From Candidatus Hodarchaeota archaeon (GTDB taxonomy: Archaea; Asgardarchaeota; Heimdallarchaeia; Hodarchaeales; Hodarchaeaceae): 64,000 nt of DNA. The stretch is taken from NCBI GenBank assembly GCA_016840035.1, contig JAEOTC010000154.1, positions 8,952 through 72,951 on the forward strand, written 5' to 3'. Of this stretch, positions 19,889 through 28,708 are shown piece by piece; position 1 is the stretch's first letter, and every line of letters begins with the position of its first letter. The position numbers and the translations under genes were made by a program. Below the pieces are notes generated by a model. That model was not told where the DNA came from. It was given only the letters and a program-made list of their open reading frames with translations, and made no database searches.

Positions 19889-20030
19889 TTCATTATCTCC
19901 TGAATAACTTAAATTGTTATTCTGTTTTAAATTTATAAGAATTTTATTGACGGAAAATCTTCTGTTCCTTCCTGGGTGATTTTTGATTTTTTTTTTAAGA
20001 AAAATTGAGTAAGCAAAGAAACTCGATCAT

Positions 20031-20843
20031 CTAAACAGGTTTTCGAGCTTTTAAAGTAAACATCATAGGAATTTGTTGATATTCCTTAGGAAGATACCAC
20101 CAGCCATCTTTTTCCTGGAGAAAAGGAAACATTTCCCAAGAGATGAAAGGATATTCATGAATAAACTCTATCTGCAAACCAGCAGCAATTAAATTATTCA
20201 CAATGTAACCAAGATCATGTACCCATCCATATTCTCGTGTATTTTTGATTTTCACATCTCCACTCGCATATGATGAGTCATAATCAAACGCAAGAGGTTC
20301 GTCTTGATGGAAGTAGGGGAATCGCACTCGTAACTCAGATTCATGTTCATCATCAAAAATTAACGCAAAAGGATGGCCTTCCGCGATATAGAAAAACCCA
20401 CCTGGTTTTAAATAATAAGCAATCATTTCAGCCCATTTTTTCAATTCTGGAAGCCAAAAAATTGCTCCATGGCTAGTAAAAACTATGTCAAATGACTTTT
20501 CTGCAAGATTTGTTTGATCTAATTTACCTATTTCTGTTTGAATGAAAGTAGCATCTAATCCAATTTCTTCACTTAATTGAGAGGCGAGTTTTATTGCTTG
20601 GGATGAAAAATCAACACCTGTTACTTTAGCACCAAGTCTTGCCCATGATAAGGTATCTTTTCCAAAATGACATTGTAAATGAAGTAATGTTTTACCTGTA
20701 ACGTCTCCAACTTCTTTAACTTCAAGATCACTTATGGATATTCCTCCTTCTCGAAATTTTTTGACATCATAAAATTCACTTCCAAAATGAACCTTGGCTA
20801 GCTCGTCCCAGCGATTCTTATTCTTTTCTATATAGTCTTTCAT
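20031..20843 (-). CDS. Class I SAM-dependent methyltransferase
   Basis: LLHLQCHFGKDT, VTGVDFS, FDIVFTS, LKPGG. Confidence 0.88.
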   Translation of the reverse strand: MKDYIEKNKNRWDELAKVHFGSEFYDVKKFREGGISISDLEVKEVGDVTGKTLLHLQCHFGKDTLSWARLGAKVTGVDFSSQAIKLASQLSEEIGLDATFIQTEIGKLDQTNLAEKSFDIVFTSHGAIFWLPELKKWAEMIAYYLKPGGFFYIAEGHPFALIFDDEHESELRVRFPYFHQDEPLAFDYDSSYASGDVKIKNTREYGWVHDLGYIVNNLIAAGLQIEFIHEYPFISWEMFPFLQEKDGWWYLPKEYQQIPMMFTLKARKPV

Positions 20844-20876
20844 GCTGATTCATCCATCATTTCTTCTAAGCTGGAA

Positions 20877-21440
20877 TTAAAGGATAGGCTTCAATTTGTG
20901 ACTGAAATTCTGATGAACCTTTGATATTTTGGGTGAGATTACAAATGAGCAATATGATTGAGTGGGATTCTTCTCATAATAATTCTGATGATACTCTTCA
21001 GCAATATAATATTCTTCAAATGGAGAAATTTCAGTTACAATTGGATTCTTCCATATCTTCTCTTGTTCTAAGCGTTTAATTGCATAAAGGGCACTTTCTT
21101 CTTGTTCTTCAGAATGACAGAAAATGACTGATCGATACTGCGAACCGACATCTGCCCCCTGCCTATTCAATTGTGTAGGATCATGAATAGCAAAGAAGAT
21201 TTCTAAAAGCTCATCAAAAGAGATTACACTAGGGTCAAATGTGATTTGCACAACTTCAGCATGGCCGGTGATTCCTGAGCAAACTTGTTCGTATGAAGGG
21301 TTTTTAATCTTTCCACCAGAATAACCAGATGTGACCTTTGAAATACCTTCAATATAATTAAATACTGCGTCTAAACACCAGAAACAACCTCCTCCTAAAG
21401 TAGCAATAGAATGAGTCTTACTTTTTGTCATAAATATCAA
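20877..21440 (-). CDS. msrA: Peptide-methionine (S)-S-oxide reductase
   Basis: GGGCFWC, GYSGG, HDPT, QYRS, AEEYHQNY. Confidence 0.96.
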   Translation of the reverse strand: MIFMTKSKTHSIATLGGGCFWCLDAVFNYIEGISKVTSGYSGGKIKNPSYEQVCSGITGHAEVVQITFDPSVISFDELLEIFFAIHDPTQLNRQGADVGSQYRSVIFCHSEEQEESALYAIKRLEQEKIWKNPIVTEISPFEEYYIAEEYHQNYYEKNPTQSYCSFVISPKISKVHQNFSHKLKPIL

Positions 21441-21598
21441 TTCCTCTTTGATCCTTTATCTAAGAAGTCTATTGATGTCGATTAAGGTTTTCTATATTTG
21501 AAATCGTAATTTCTTCTAAGGGAGCTCAGGAGGAAATTCACAATTTTCTCTAAAAATGTATTTAGAGTGGACTAAGTATAAGTAGGAGTCAATAGAGG

Positions 21599-22648
21599 AT
21601 GACTCTTATGCGAGAAAAGACAATCCTAGAACTTTATGAAGCCATGTACACAAGTCGATACTTAGAAAAAATAGTCACACAGCTTTGGGAGAAGGGAAAT
21701 ATTTATGGAGAAATGCATCTAGGAATTGGAGAAGAAGCAATTATTGCAGGAGTTCTATCTCACCTAATTCCTGGTGATGCAATTTCTACTGATCATAGGA
21801 GCACACCACCATTTGTGATGAGAGGGGTTGACATTGAGTCACTATTATTGGAATTCCTAGGTCATCCAAAGGGATTATGTTCGGGATTGGGAGGGCATAT
21901 GCACTTATTCTGTAAAGAACTATTACTTACCTCCTCAGGAATTGTTGGTTCTTCAGGTCCTTCGGCTGTTGGTTTTGCGCTAGCTACAAAATATCAAAAA
22001 ACGAAAAATATTGCGGTAGCTTTCTTTGGTGAGGGGAGTATGAATCAAGGAATGCTCCTTGAATCTCTAAATCTCGCTTCATCACTCAACTTACCAGTCT
22101 TATTTATCTGTAAAGATAATAACTGGGCGATTACTACCCGATCCAACGAGGTTACTGGAGGGGTCTTATTAGATCGAGTGAGAGGATTTGGAATCGAAGC
22201 TCGTGAAGTCGATGGATCGGATTGTATGGCCGTATGGCAAGCTGTTGAAACTGCCATTCCGAGATTAAGAAAAAGAAATCCAGCTCCCTATTTTATACAA
22301 GCTAGTTGTACGCATAACGAAGGACATTTTTTGGGAGACCCATTATTACGGTTCCACCGATCCCCCAAGAAGGAATTGGGTGCAGTAACAGGTCCTTTAA
22401 CTAAATCAGTACTCCATTACAAAGGGGGTCGATTAGATAAGAGAATCAGTAGTGTGTCCAATGTACTCGCTCTGATTGCTAAGGCAAGAGCACAATTAAG
22501 TTTTTCCAATGATCCAATCAGACGTTTAGAGAAGACTCAAACCCACCTCAAGGACCAATTCGCGCAGATTAAGCTTAAAGTGGAAAAGAAGATTAATTCT
22601 ATTTCAGAACGGGTTCTAAACCTTGTTCAGGAGGAGGCTTCATTATGA
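21599..22648 (+). CDS. TPP-dependent dehydrogenase E1 alpha (acetoin/pyruvate dehydrogenase family)
   Basis: HLGIGEEA, GLGGHMH, GIVG, FFGEG..N TPP motif, VDGSD. Confidence 0.88.
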   Translation: MTLMREKTILELYEAMYTSRYLEKIVTQLWEKGNIYGEMHLGIGEEAIIAGVLSHLIPGDAISTDHRSTPPFVMRGVDIESLLLEFLGHPKGLCSGLGGHMHLFCKELLLTSSGIVGSSGPSAVGFALATKYQKTKNIAVAFFGEGSMNQGMLLESLNLASSLNLPVLFICKDNNWAITTRSNEVTGGVLLDRVRGFGIEAREVDGSDCMAVWQAVETAIPRLRKRNPAPYFIQASCTHNEGHFLGDPLLRFHRSPKKELGAVTGPLTKSVLHYKGGRLDKRISSVSNVLALIAKARAQLSFSNDPIRRLEKTQTHLKDQFAQIKLKVEKKINSISERVLNLVQEEASL

Positions 22649-23658
22649 GAAAGATGGAATTTGCCGAAGCGATTGAAAGTGCTTTGAAGCATGCCATGAC
22701 CAACGATCCAGACATCTTTCTAATGGGAGAGGATGTCCATACATTACGAATAAATCTCTTAGCTCAGTTTGGAAAAGAAAGAGTAATTTCTACCTCTATC
22801 AGCGAAAGTGCATTTCTTGGAGCAGGGGTCACAGCCGCAATGGCAGGTCTTCGACCGATTATTGAAATTATGCTGATCGATTTTATTGGCGTAGCAATAG
22901 ATGCATTACTTAATCACGCTTCTAAAATTCTTACTTTTTCAGGTGGCAAGTGGAATGTCCCATTAGTCGTAAGAACAAGCTGTGGAGGAGGGTATGGCGA
23001 TGGAGGACAGCATGAACAGTCTTTATGGGGATGGCTAGCCCATATTCCAGGATTACATGTTGTGGTTCCTTCAAATCCTAGCGATGCAGGCCAGTTATTG
23101 CTTTCTGCAATTGAATCAGACCATCCCGTAATTTATCTTGAACACAAATTACTAGCTGACTATTGGTTAGATTATATGGGAACTGGCGGTCGAGAAAATG
23201 TTTCTTTTGATGTACCCGAAAAAGGAGCCATTGGAGAAGTCCCTGAGAAATGGGAATCATTACCAATAGGCAAAGCTAACATTCTTCGTGAGGGGGATGA
23301 TATTACCTTAATTAGTCTTGGGGTTTCTGTCCATAGATGTCTTGAAGCTGCAAATATTTTATCTGAGGATGAAATTTCGGTTGAAGTTCTTGATCTACGC
23401 TGGGTTTCTCCGCTTGATAAGGAAGCGATAATTACCTCCGTATCAAAAACCAAACGAGTAATCGTAGTTGACGAAGATTACATGCGATTTGGACTATCAG
23501 GAGAAATTGCTGCCATTCTTGCAGAAGAAAATATCTCACCTATCCAGTTTGGTAGGGTTTGCACAGAACACACAATTCCATTTAACCGGCATTTGGAGGA
23601 CAATGTTCTCCCAAATGTAAATCGTATCCTTGCCCTTGCGAGAAAATTTAAAAGTTAG
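22645..23658 (+). CDS. TPP-dependent dehydrogenase E1 beta
   Basis: MGEDV, ISESAFLG, GLRPIIEI, GGQHEQS, EHKLL, DLRWVSPLD; 4-nt overlap with alpha. Confidence 0.9.
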   Translation: MRKMEFAEAIESALKHAMTNDPDIFLMGEDVHTLRINLLAQFGKERVISTSISESAFLGAGVTAAMAGLRPIIEIMLIDFIGVAIDALLNHASKILTFSGGKWNVPLVVRTSCGGGYGDGGQHEQSLWGWLAHIPGLHVVVPSNPSDAGQLLLSAIESDHPVIYLEHKLLADYWLDYMGTGGRENVSFDVPEKGAIGEVPEKWESLPIGKANILREGDDITLISLGVSVHRCLEAANILSEDEISVEVLDLRWVSPLDKEAIITSVSKTKRVIVVDEDYMRFGLSGEIAAILAEENISPIQFGRVCTEHTIPFNRHLEDNVLPNVNRILALARKFKS

Positions 23659-23695
23659 AAAACAGACCTCCTAGGCATAAATGTCATGAATAGTA

Positions 23696-24346
23696 GTGAT
23701 TCCAATGGAAAATACTTCATACTCAATCTATAATCCAATTAAATGGCCTTTAATATGTATAGCAGGAGTATTAGCAATTATCCAATACCTTATCTTTAGC
23801 TATCTCGCGTTTCTTGCTTTTCCAGAGAGTTTTGATCCGTTTAATAATTACTTGAGTCAATTAGGAAATAGTGTAAGAAATCCCGAGGGGGCAATTTTTT
23901 ATTTTCTTGCGATAATCTTCTCAGGAATCCTTACTGTATTTTTCTATAGTGGATTCTACTATTATTACTCAAAGAAAAAAATGAATCGAACGTTACAAGT
24001 AATCCTGATCTTGGGAATATTGAACGGTATTGCTATTTTTTTAAGTGGAGTATTTTCAGAATCAGTAAATAACGATCTACACTATATATCCTCCTTTCTG
24101 ATATTTGTAACCCTCCTTCCATTAGTAATACTGATGAATATTTACATTTGGAGTGTACAGAATGAACCGAAGATCACAATAGGATTAGGTTTGTTAATCA
24201 TCATTATAGATTTAATTTTCATAGCAATAGTGATTATAGGAGGAGATTTATTTGAAAACGGAGCGATTTGGGAATGGTTATCTTTAGGTAGCTACTTTAT
24301 CTGGATGTTATCCCTAATTTCCAATATCCTACGAGAGATTGAATAG
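23696..24346 (+). CDS. Membrane protein, DUF998-like
   Basis: About five TM helices; NYLSQLG, GVFSE..LH, WEW motifs. Confidence 0.65.
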   Translation: MIPMENTSYSIYNPIKWPLICIAGVLAIIQYLIFSYLAFLAFPESFDPFNNYLSQLGNSVRNPEGAIFYFLAIIFSGILTVFFYSGFYYYYSKKKMNRTLQVILILGILNGIAIFLSGVFSESVNNDLHYISSFLIFVTLLPLVILMNIYIWSVQNEPKITIGLGLLIIIIDLIFIAIVIIGGDLFENGAIWEWLSLGSYFIWMLSLISNILREIE

Positions 24347-24447
24347 AGTCATTTAGACTTTCTAAATCTCGAAAACTGATTCCAAAGTAAATCCATTTTT
24401 TTAAATAGGAAGAAGATATCGGATTATTTAATAAAACATAGAAGTGA

Positions 24448-24663
24448 TTGAACATGGAACCTATCGATTACGAAGCAGAATATGAAGAGATTAAGCGTGT
24501 TCTAAAAGAGCATGGAGGGGAATTGGATTATCGAACCTTAAATGAAATCTTGGCTGATAAATTTGAAGGAATTCGGCTACGACTCAAAACCATGAAGGAA
24601 AAAGGATTAGTAGAGTTTGAGGGTGTGGTCCCTTCATTTGATTCTCAAATACGATTAATCTAG
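24448..24663 (+). CDS. Small hypothetical protein, possible winged helix
   Basis: 71-aa ORF with helix-helix-helix-wing pattern (LKTMKEKGLVEF). Confidence 0.6.
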   Translation: MNMEPIDYEAEYEEIKRVLKEHGGELDYRTLNEILADKFEGIRLRLKTMKEKGLVEFEGVVPSFDSQIRLI

Positions 24664-24671
24664 TGTTCAAT

Positions 24672-25700
24672 TTAGATTTCTGGTTCTTCAGATATTTTCA
24701 CAATAAGTTTTCCTTTGTTTGATCCGTCAAATAACTTATTAAGAGATTTCGGTGCGTTTTCCAATCCTTTTACGATTTCTTCTCGGTAAATTAGTTTCTT
24801 GGATGTATACCAGAGATGTAAATCCTTGAATGCTTCGTCCATTCTCTTAAAGTAATCAGTTACAATGAATCCCGAAACGGTAGCTCGTTTGACTAAAATA
24901 TTAGCAAAATTGTAAGGACCCGCAATTCTTTCTGTTGCATTATATTGAGAAATTAATCCACAGATTACCACACGAGAATGAAGATTCAAATTTCCAAGAG
25001 CTGCATCCAATATTTTTCCTCCCACATTCGCAAAATAAATGTCTATACCATCAGGTGCTAGTTCCTTTAAACGATTGAAAACAGATTCTGTCTTATAATT
25101 GATAGCTGCATCAAATCCTAATTCCTGTGTTAACCAATCACATTTATCATTAGTACCTGCAATTCCGATCACCCGACAGCCTTTGATTTTTCCAATTTGA
25201 CCAACCAAGGAACCCACTGCCCCTGCAGCTGCCGATACGACAAGAGTGTCATCTTCTTTAGGCTTACCAATATCTAATAGACCAAAATAAGCAGTTAATC
25301 CAATCATTCCAAATAAATTAAGAAAATTAGGTAGAGGAACACCAGGAAATGAAGGAAGAATATTCATCCAACCTGAACCATCACTAATGAAATAGTCTTG
25401 CCAACCAAGCAACCCTGTAACCATAATCCCTTCCTTAAACCGTGGATTCTTGCTTTTTATAACTACCCCAATTCCAATCCCTCTCATCACACCTCCTATC
25501 TTTACTGGTGGTACATAAGTTTCAACAGGATTCATCCAACCTCTATTGGTTGGATCAAGAGATAAATAGATATTCTTAACAAGAAATTCTCCTGATTGTA
25601 ACTCAGGAATGTCGGTTTCAGCCAGTTCAAAATCGGATTCCTTCGTTAAACCTATTGGCCGTTGCTTCAAAAGCCACTGACGATTGATTTTAGCGGTCAT
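24672..25700 (-). CDS. NADP-dependent oxidoreductase (MDR, prostaglandin reductase/CurA family)
   Basis: YLSLDPTNR, GLTAYFGL, VSAAAGAVGS, CGLISQYN, GKLIVK. Confidence 0.92.
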   Translation of the reverse strand: MTAKINRQWLLKQRPIGLTKESDFELAETDIPELQSGEFLVKNIYLSLDPTNRGWMNPVETYVPPVKIGGVMRGIGIGVVIKSKNPRFKEGIMVTGLLGWQDYFISDGSGWMNILPSFPGVPLPNFLNLFGMIGLTAYFGLLDIGKPKEDDTLVVSAAAGAVGSLVGQIGKIKGCRVIGIAGTNDKCDWLTQELGFDAAINYKTESVFNRLKELAPDGIDIYFANVGGKILDAALGNLNLHSRVVICGLISQYNATERIAGPYNFANILVKRATVSGFIVTDYFKRMDEAFKDLHLWYTSKKLIYREEIVKGLENAPKSLNKLFDGSNKGKLIVKISEEPEI

Positions 25701-25845
25701 CTTTATTACTTCAATTAGATAGATATGAAGAGATTTCGAAGAATTATCTATATCTATTCCTGAGATTTTCCCCTGAAAACCCCAGGGCTAGTATTGCCGT
25801 ATAATTTGCTAGAATGTGGTGTGTGGGGTTCCTTTTCCCAGAAGT

Positions 25846-25898
25846 AAAGATTAATAAATATACAAAATCTGTATTTAATTACGTAGTATTGGAGTGAT
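25846..25898 (+). promoter_or_regulatory. BRE/TATA-like element and Shine-Dalgarno of the small ORF heading the conjugation operon
   Basis: Purine-rich AAAGA followed by TTAATAAATA (25851-25860); GGAGTGAT at 25891-25898, 5 nt before ATG 25904. Confidence 0.55.
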
Positions 25899-25903
25899 AT
25901 ACA

Positions 25904-26008
25904 ATGCCTCGACCAGTTAAAAGAGTAGACACAGAATCAAAAGAAAAAGCAACGGAAGATGCAGAAAAGAATAAAGACACAGTTCCCATTTCGAAACATT
26001 ATTCTTAA
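25904..26008 (+). CDS. Unannotated 34-aa charged peptide MPRPVKRVDTESKEKATEDAEKNKDTVPISKHYS; candidate modifier/substrate of the downstream JAB-E1-E2-E2 operon
   Basis: Translated by hand (below the ORF-track cutoff); ATG..TAA in frame; strong Shine-Dalgarno; 41 nt upstream of the JAB gene on the same strand. Confidence 0.7.
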   Translation: MPRPVKRVDTESKEKATEDAEKNKDTVPISKHYS

Positions 26009-26049
26009 CTTAGACTTTTATCTATTTTTAATCCACATAGGGGATTTAT

Positions 26050-26991
26050 TTGTTGTATTCGCATCAAGAGGAGTCCATTTTCATCCAAATTGATCAGAAT
26101 ACATATGATGAGATGATTAATGAAGGCCTTCTTTGGCCACAAATTGAAACAGGTGGAATGCTATTCGGGAATATCATCGAAGAGGAACAGAATCTTGTCA
26201 TCAAGATTCAAAGAACTTATATCCCTTCAAGTGAAGATTGCATACGTGAAGCTGCGTATTTTGAAATAGAACCTGAATTTGCAAAAATGATTCTCTCTCA
26301 GGAGAGTCTTAAGTATTTGGGCAACTGGCACAAACATCCTGGATATGGGGGGCCTTCTCAAGGTGATCGAAGGCAAATTCAAGATTTTTTTGGGAATAAT
26401 CCCCATCTAGATTTTGTTTTAACATTTATCCTTAACTTCCATTCCGATGCTTTTATTGAACCTATAATTGAGACATATTTTCGGACAGATGAGAATCTAA
26501 ACTCGGGCCATTCATTTCTAACTCGCTATATCCCTCAAAGCAATCTCATATTCATTCCTTCACAATTAGATGAGCCTAAACCAATAATCCAAACCAGTGG
26601 TATTCCAAATGCATTAATATCTCGAATAAAACAAGAACTTGTAAATCTTTTTGATCATCTTTCTTCCATTGAAGAAATCCAAGAATTTCCTGGGCAAACT
26701 CCCGATGAGAAAGTTATTTCCTTTCCCTATACGGTTTTAATTCAGCAAGAAAAAGTAAACATTTTAATACTGATCTCATTTCCTCCTGAATTTCCTAAAG
26801 GAAAAATATATTTTGATATCTCCTCAGAGGATATGTCTAAAGACATTACATTTAAGACTCATCCAGCAGAGACGTTAACCGATCTAGAACTTGTGAGTCC
26901 ATTCTTAGAAGTGCTTAAATCTGATATCGAGCATGATATCCCAGTGCTATTGGAAAAACCTCTCTGGAGAGTTATGCGAGAGAAACTGTGA
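26050..26991 (+). CDS. JAB/MPN+ (JAMM) metalloprotease fused to a C-terminal RWD/UBC-like domain
   Basis: ETGGMLFG...YLGNWHKHPGYGGPSQGD (E..HxH..S..D intact); C-terminal ILISFPPEFPKG resembles the UBC FPxxYP motif, with no Cys in that domain. Confidence 0.88.
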   Translation: MLYSHQEESIFIQIDQNTYDEMINEGLLWPQIETGGMLFGNIIEEEQNLVIKIQRTYIPSSEDCIREAAYFEIEPEFAKMILSQESLKYLGNWHKHPGYGGPSQGDRRQIQDFFGNNPHLDFVLTFILNFHSDAFIEPIIETYFRTDENLNSGHSFLTRYIPQSNLIFIPSQLDEPKPIIQTSGIPNALISRIKQELVNLFDHLSSIEEIQEFPGQTPDEKVISFPYTVLIQQEKVNILILISFPPEFPKGKIYFDISSEDMSKDITFKTHPAETLTDLELVSPFLEVLKSDIEHDIPVLLEKPLWRVMREKL

Positions 26992-28238
26992 ATAAAATGA
27001 AATTCTTACTTTACCCAGAACTGGAGACTGAATTAGCTAATCTTCCGCTCAAGGAAAAGATTTTTCCATTATTTGGAAGAGTTTTTGATGATTTTACCGT
27101 ATTTCACTTTGTTAGTATAACATCTGATATGAAATCTCTTCGACAAATTGGATATATCTCGAATAGGGAAACTATTACTGATTTTACACTTGATTTTCCA
27201 TTCATTCACCTGATAGTTGATACAAAACGTCTTGAAGTTACGAAGATTGCCATCCATAAGAGTCAAGATGATATTGAAATTATAAGAGAATTTGATATTG
27301 AAAAAGTAGATTTAAACAGATTATTTGTTCGAGTTGATAAAGCAGAAACTCCATTAAATTTACTTCAAACAAAAACTGTAGCTATTATCGGTATGGGGTC
27401 GGGTGGTTCTTTACTCGCTTTATATCTTGCGAAAACGGGAGTTAAGAAATTTATCCTCATCGATGATGATCGTCTTGAGGTTCACAATATCATTCGCCAT
27501 ATCTCTGACCTTTCACACCTCGGGAGATTTAAGACTAAGGTAGTGGAAGAATATATTGGTGCAAGAATACCAGATATTGAAATTCAAACCCTAGAACAAA
27601 AATTCGTGATACATACTCGAAAAGATGCAGAGTTTTTTTTGAATTTACTCTCCGATGTGAATCTGCTAATTGCGGTTTCAGGAGAACACGATGTTAATTT
27701 TGCTATAAATGATTTTGTACACATTAATAACTTAACCTTACCAGTTATTTATGCTGGTACATTTGATGGGGTGAAAGGGGGCTTAATGTTTAAAGTGGAT
27801 CCACGGAAAGATGATATCTGCTATCATTGTGTATATGCCGATTCTTTTGCTTATCCCTTGACAGACAAAGAGTTAAAAAGCGATATTCCGACAACTACTG
27901 AGTTAGAAAAGAAAATTGTTTACGACCGAACCATGCAGGAACAATTAGCACAACCAGGATTGGGATTAGATATTGATAATTTGACGATTTTTCTTTCGAA
28001 ATTCTGCATAGCTACTCTATTAGACGGACAAGAACACGGTTTATACCGTTTTCCTTTTAATTTTTATCTCTGGTATAATAGAAACGTATTCCAACCGGAT
28101 TCAGATGAAATTAAGTTTGAAGGCCTTGAACTTCTCTATTATGAGGACTTAGAGAAAAATGCTGAATGCCCCTTCCATGGAGAGCAGGTTAAAGCAACTT
28201 TGAAGGACAGTGATGAAGGGAACTCCCCCTCATTATAG
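26988..28238 (+). CDS. ThiF/MoeB/E1-family adenylyltransferase with an extra N-terminal domain
   Basis: VAIIGMGSGGS, IDDDRLEVHNIIRH, GRFKT, CYHC...CPFH Zn ligands; 4-nt overlap with the JAB gene. Confidence 0.9.
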   Translation: MNKMKFLLYPELETELANLPLKEKIFPLFGRVFDDFTVFHFVSITSDMKSLRQIGYISNRETITDFTLDFPFIHLIVDTKRLEVTKIAIHKSQDDIEIIREFDIEKVDLNRLFVRVDKAETPLNLLQTKTVAIIGMGSGGSLLALYLAKTGVKKFILIDDDRLEVHNIIRHISDLSHLGRFKTKVVEEYIGARIPDIEIQTLEQKFVIHTRKDAEFFLNLLSDVNLLIAVSGEHDVNFAINDFVHINNLTLPVIYAGTFDGVKGGLMFKVDPRKDDICYHCVYADSFAYPLTDKELKSDIPTTTELEKKIVYDRTMQEQLAQPGLGLDIDNLTIFLSKFCIATLLDGQEHGLYRFPFNFYLWYNRNVFQPDSDEIKFEGLELLYYEDLEKNAECPFHGEQVKATLKDSDEGNSPSL

Positions 28239-28261
28239 TTTATAATTAAGGAGAAAGTTTC

Positions 28262-28696
28262 ATGTCACTTCGTGGGAATTTAATCGATAGGGAAATAGAA
28301 AAATTAAGCAAAATCTTTCCCGACATTCAAAAAAGAGACTTTCTACAACTTAAGAATAAAAATAAGTGTGTTCAGGTTAGTTTTCTCACAACTGGGAAAT
28401 ATGCATGTGGGCATTTTGATGTTCTCATTGAGTTCCCATACAATTATCCAGTTGGTTCACCACTCGTCTGGGTTCAAAAACCCAAAATTCCTAAGAATAC
28501 TCCACATGTATACGGGTGGGATAAAGAGGGACACGCAAGTATTTGTTATCTCCGACCTAAGAAAGACTGGCGTTTAAACTATAGCTCATATGAAACGGCA
28601 CTGATGGTAGAAATTTGGCTTAAAACTTATTGTAGATGGACTAAAACTAATGTTTGGGATTGGCCAGAAGCAGGGGTACTTGATCATATATTTTGA
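28262..28696 (+). CDS. Ubiquitin-conjugating E2 (UBC-fold) protein, paralogue 1
   Basis: Y..G.F.VLIEFPYNYP..P.VW; PHVY in place of HPN; ICYL (Cys95); downstream Trp. Confidence 0.85.
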   Translation: MSLRGNLIDREIEKLSKIFPDIQKRDFLQLKNKNKCVQVSFLTTGKYACGHFDVLIEFPYNYPVGSPLVWVQKPKIPKNTPHVYGWDKEGHASICYLRPKKDWRLNYSSYETALMVEIWLKTYCRWTKTNVWDWPEAGVLDHIF

Positions 28697-28708
28697 GCTT
28701 AAAGATGG

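Noticed and set aside
24448-24663. 71-aa ORF as the missing ubiquitin-like modifier
   Set aside because: Helical winged-helix-like pattern, no C-terminal Gly, and separated from the operon by an opposite-strand gene
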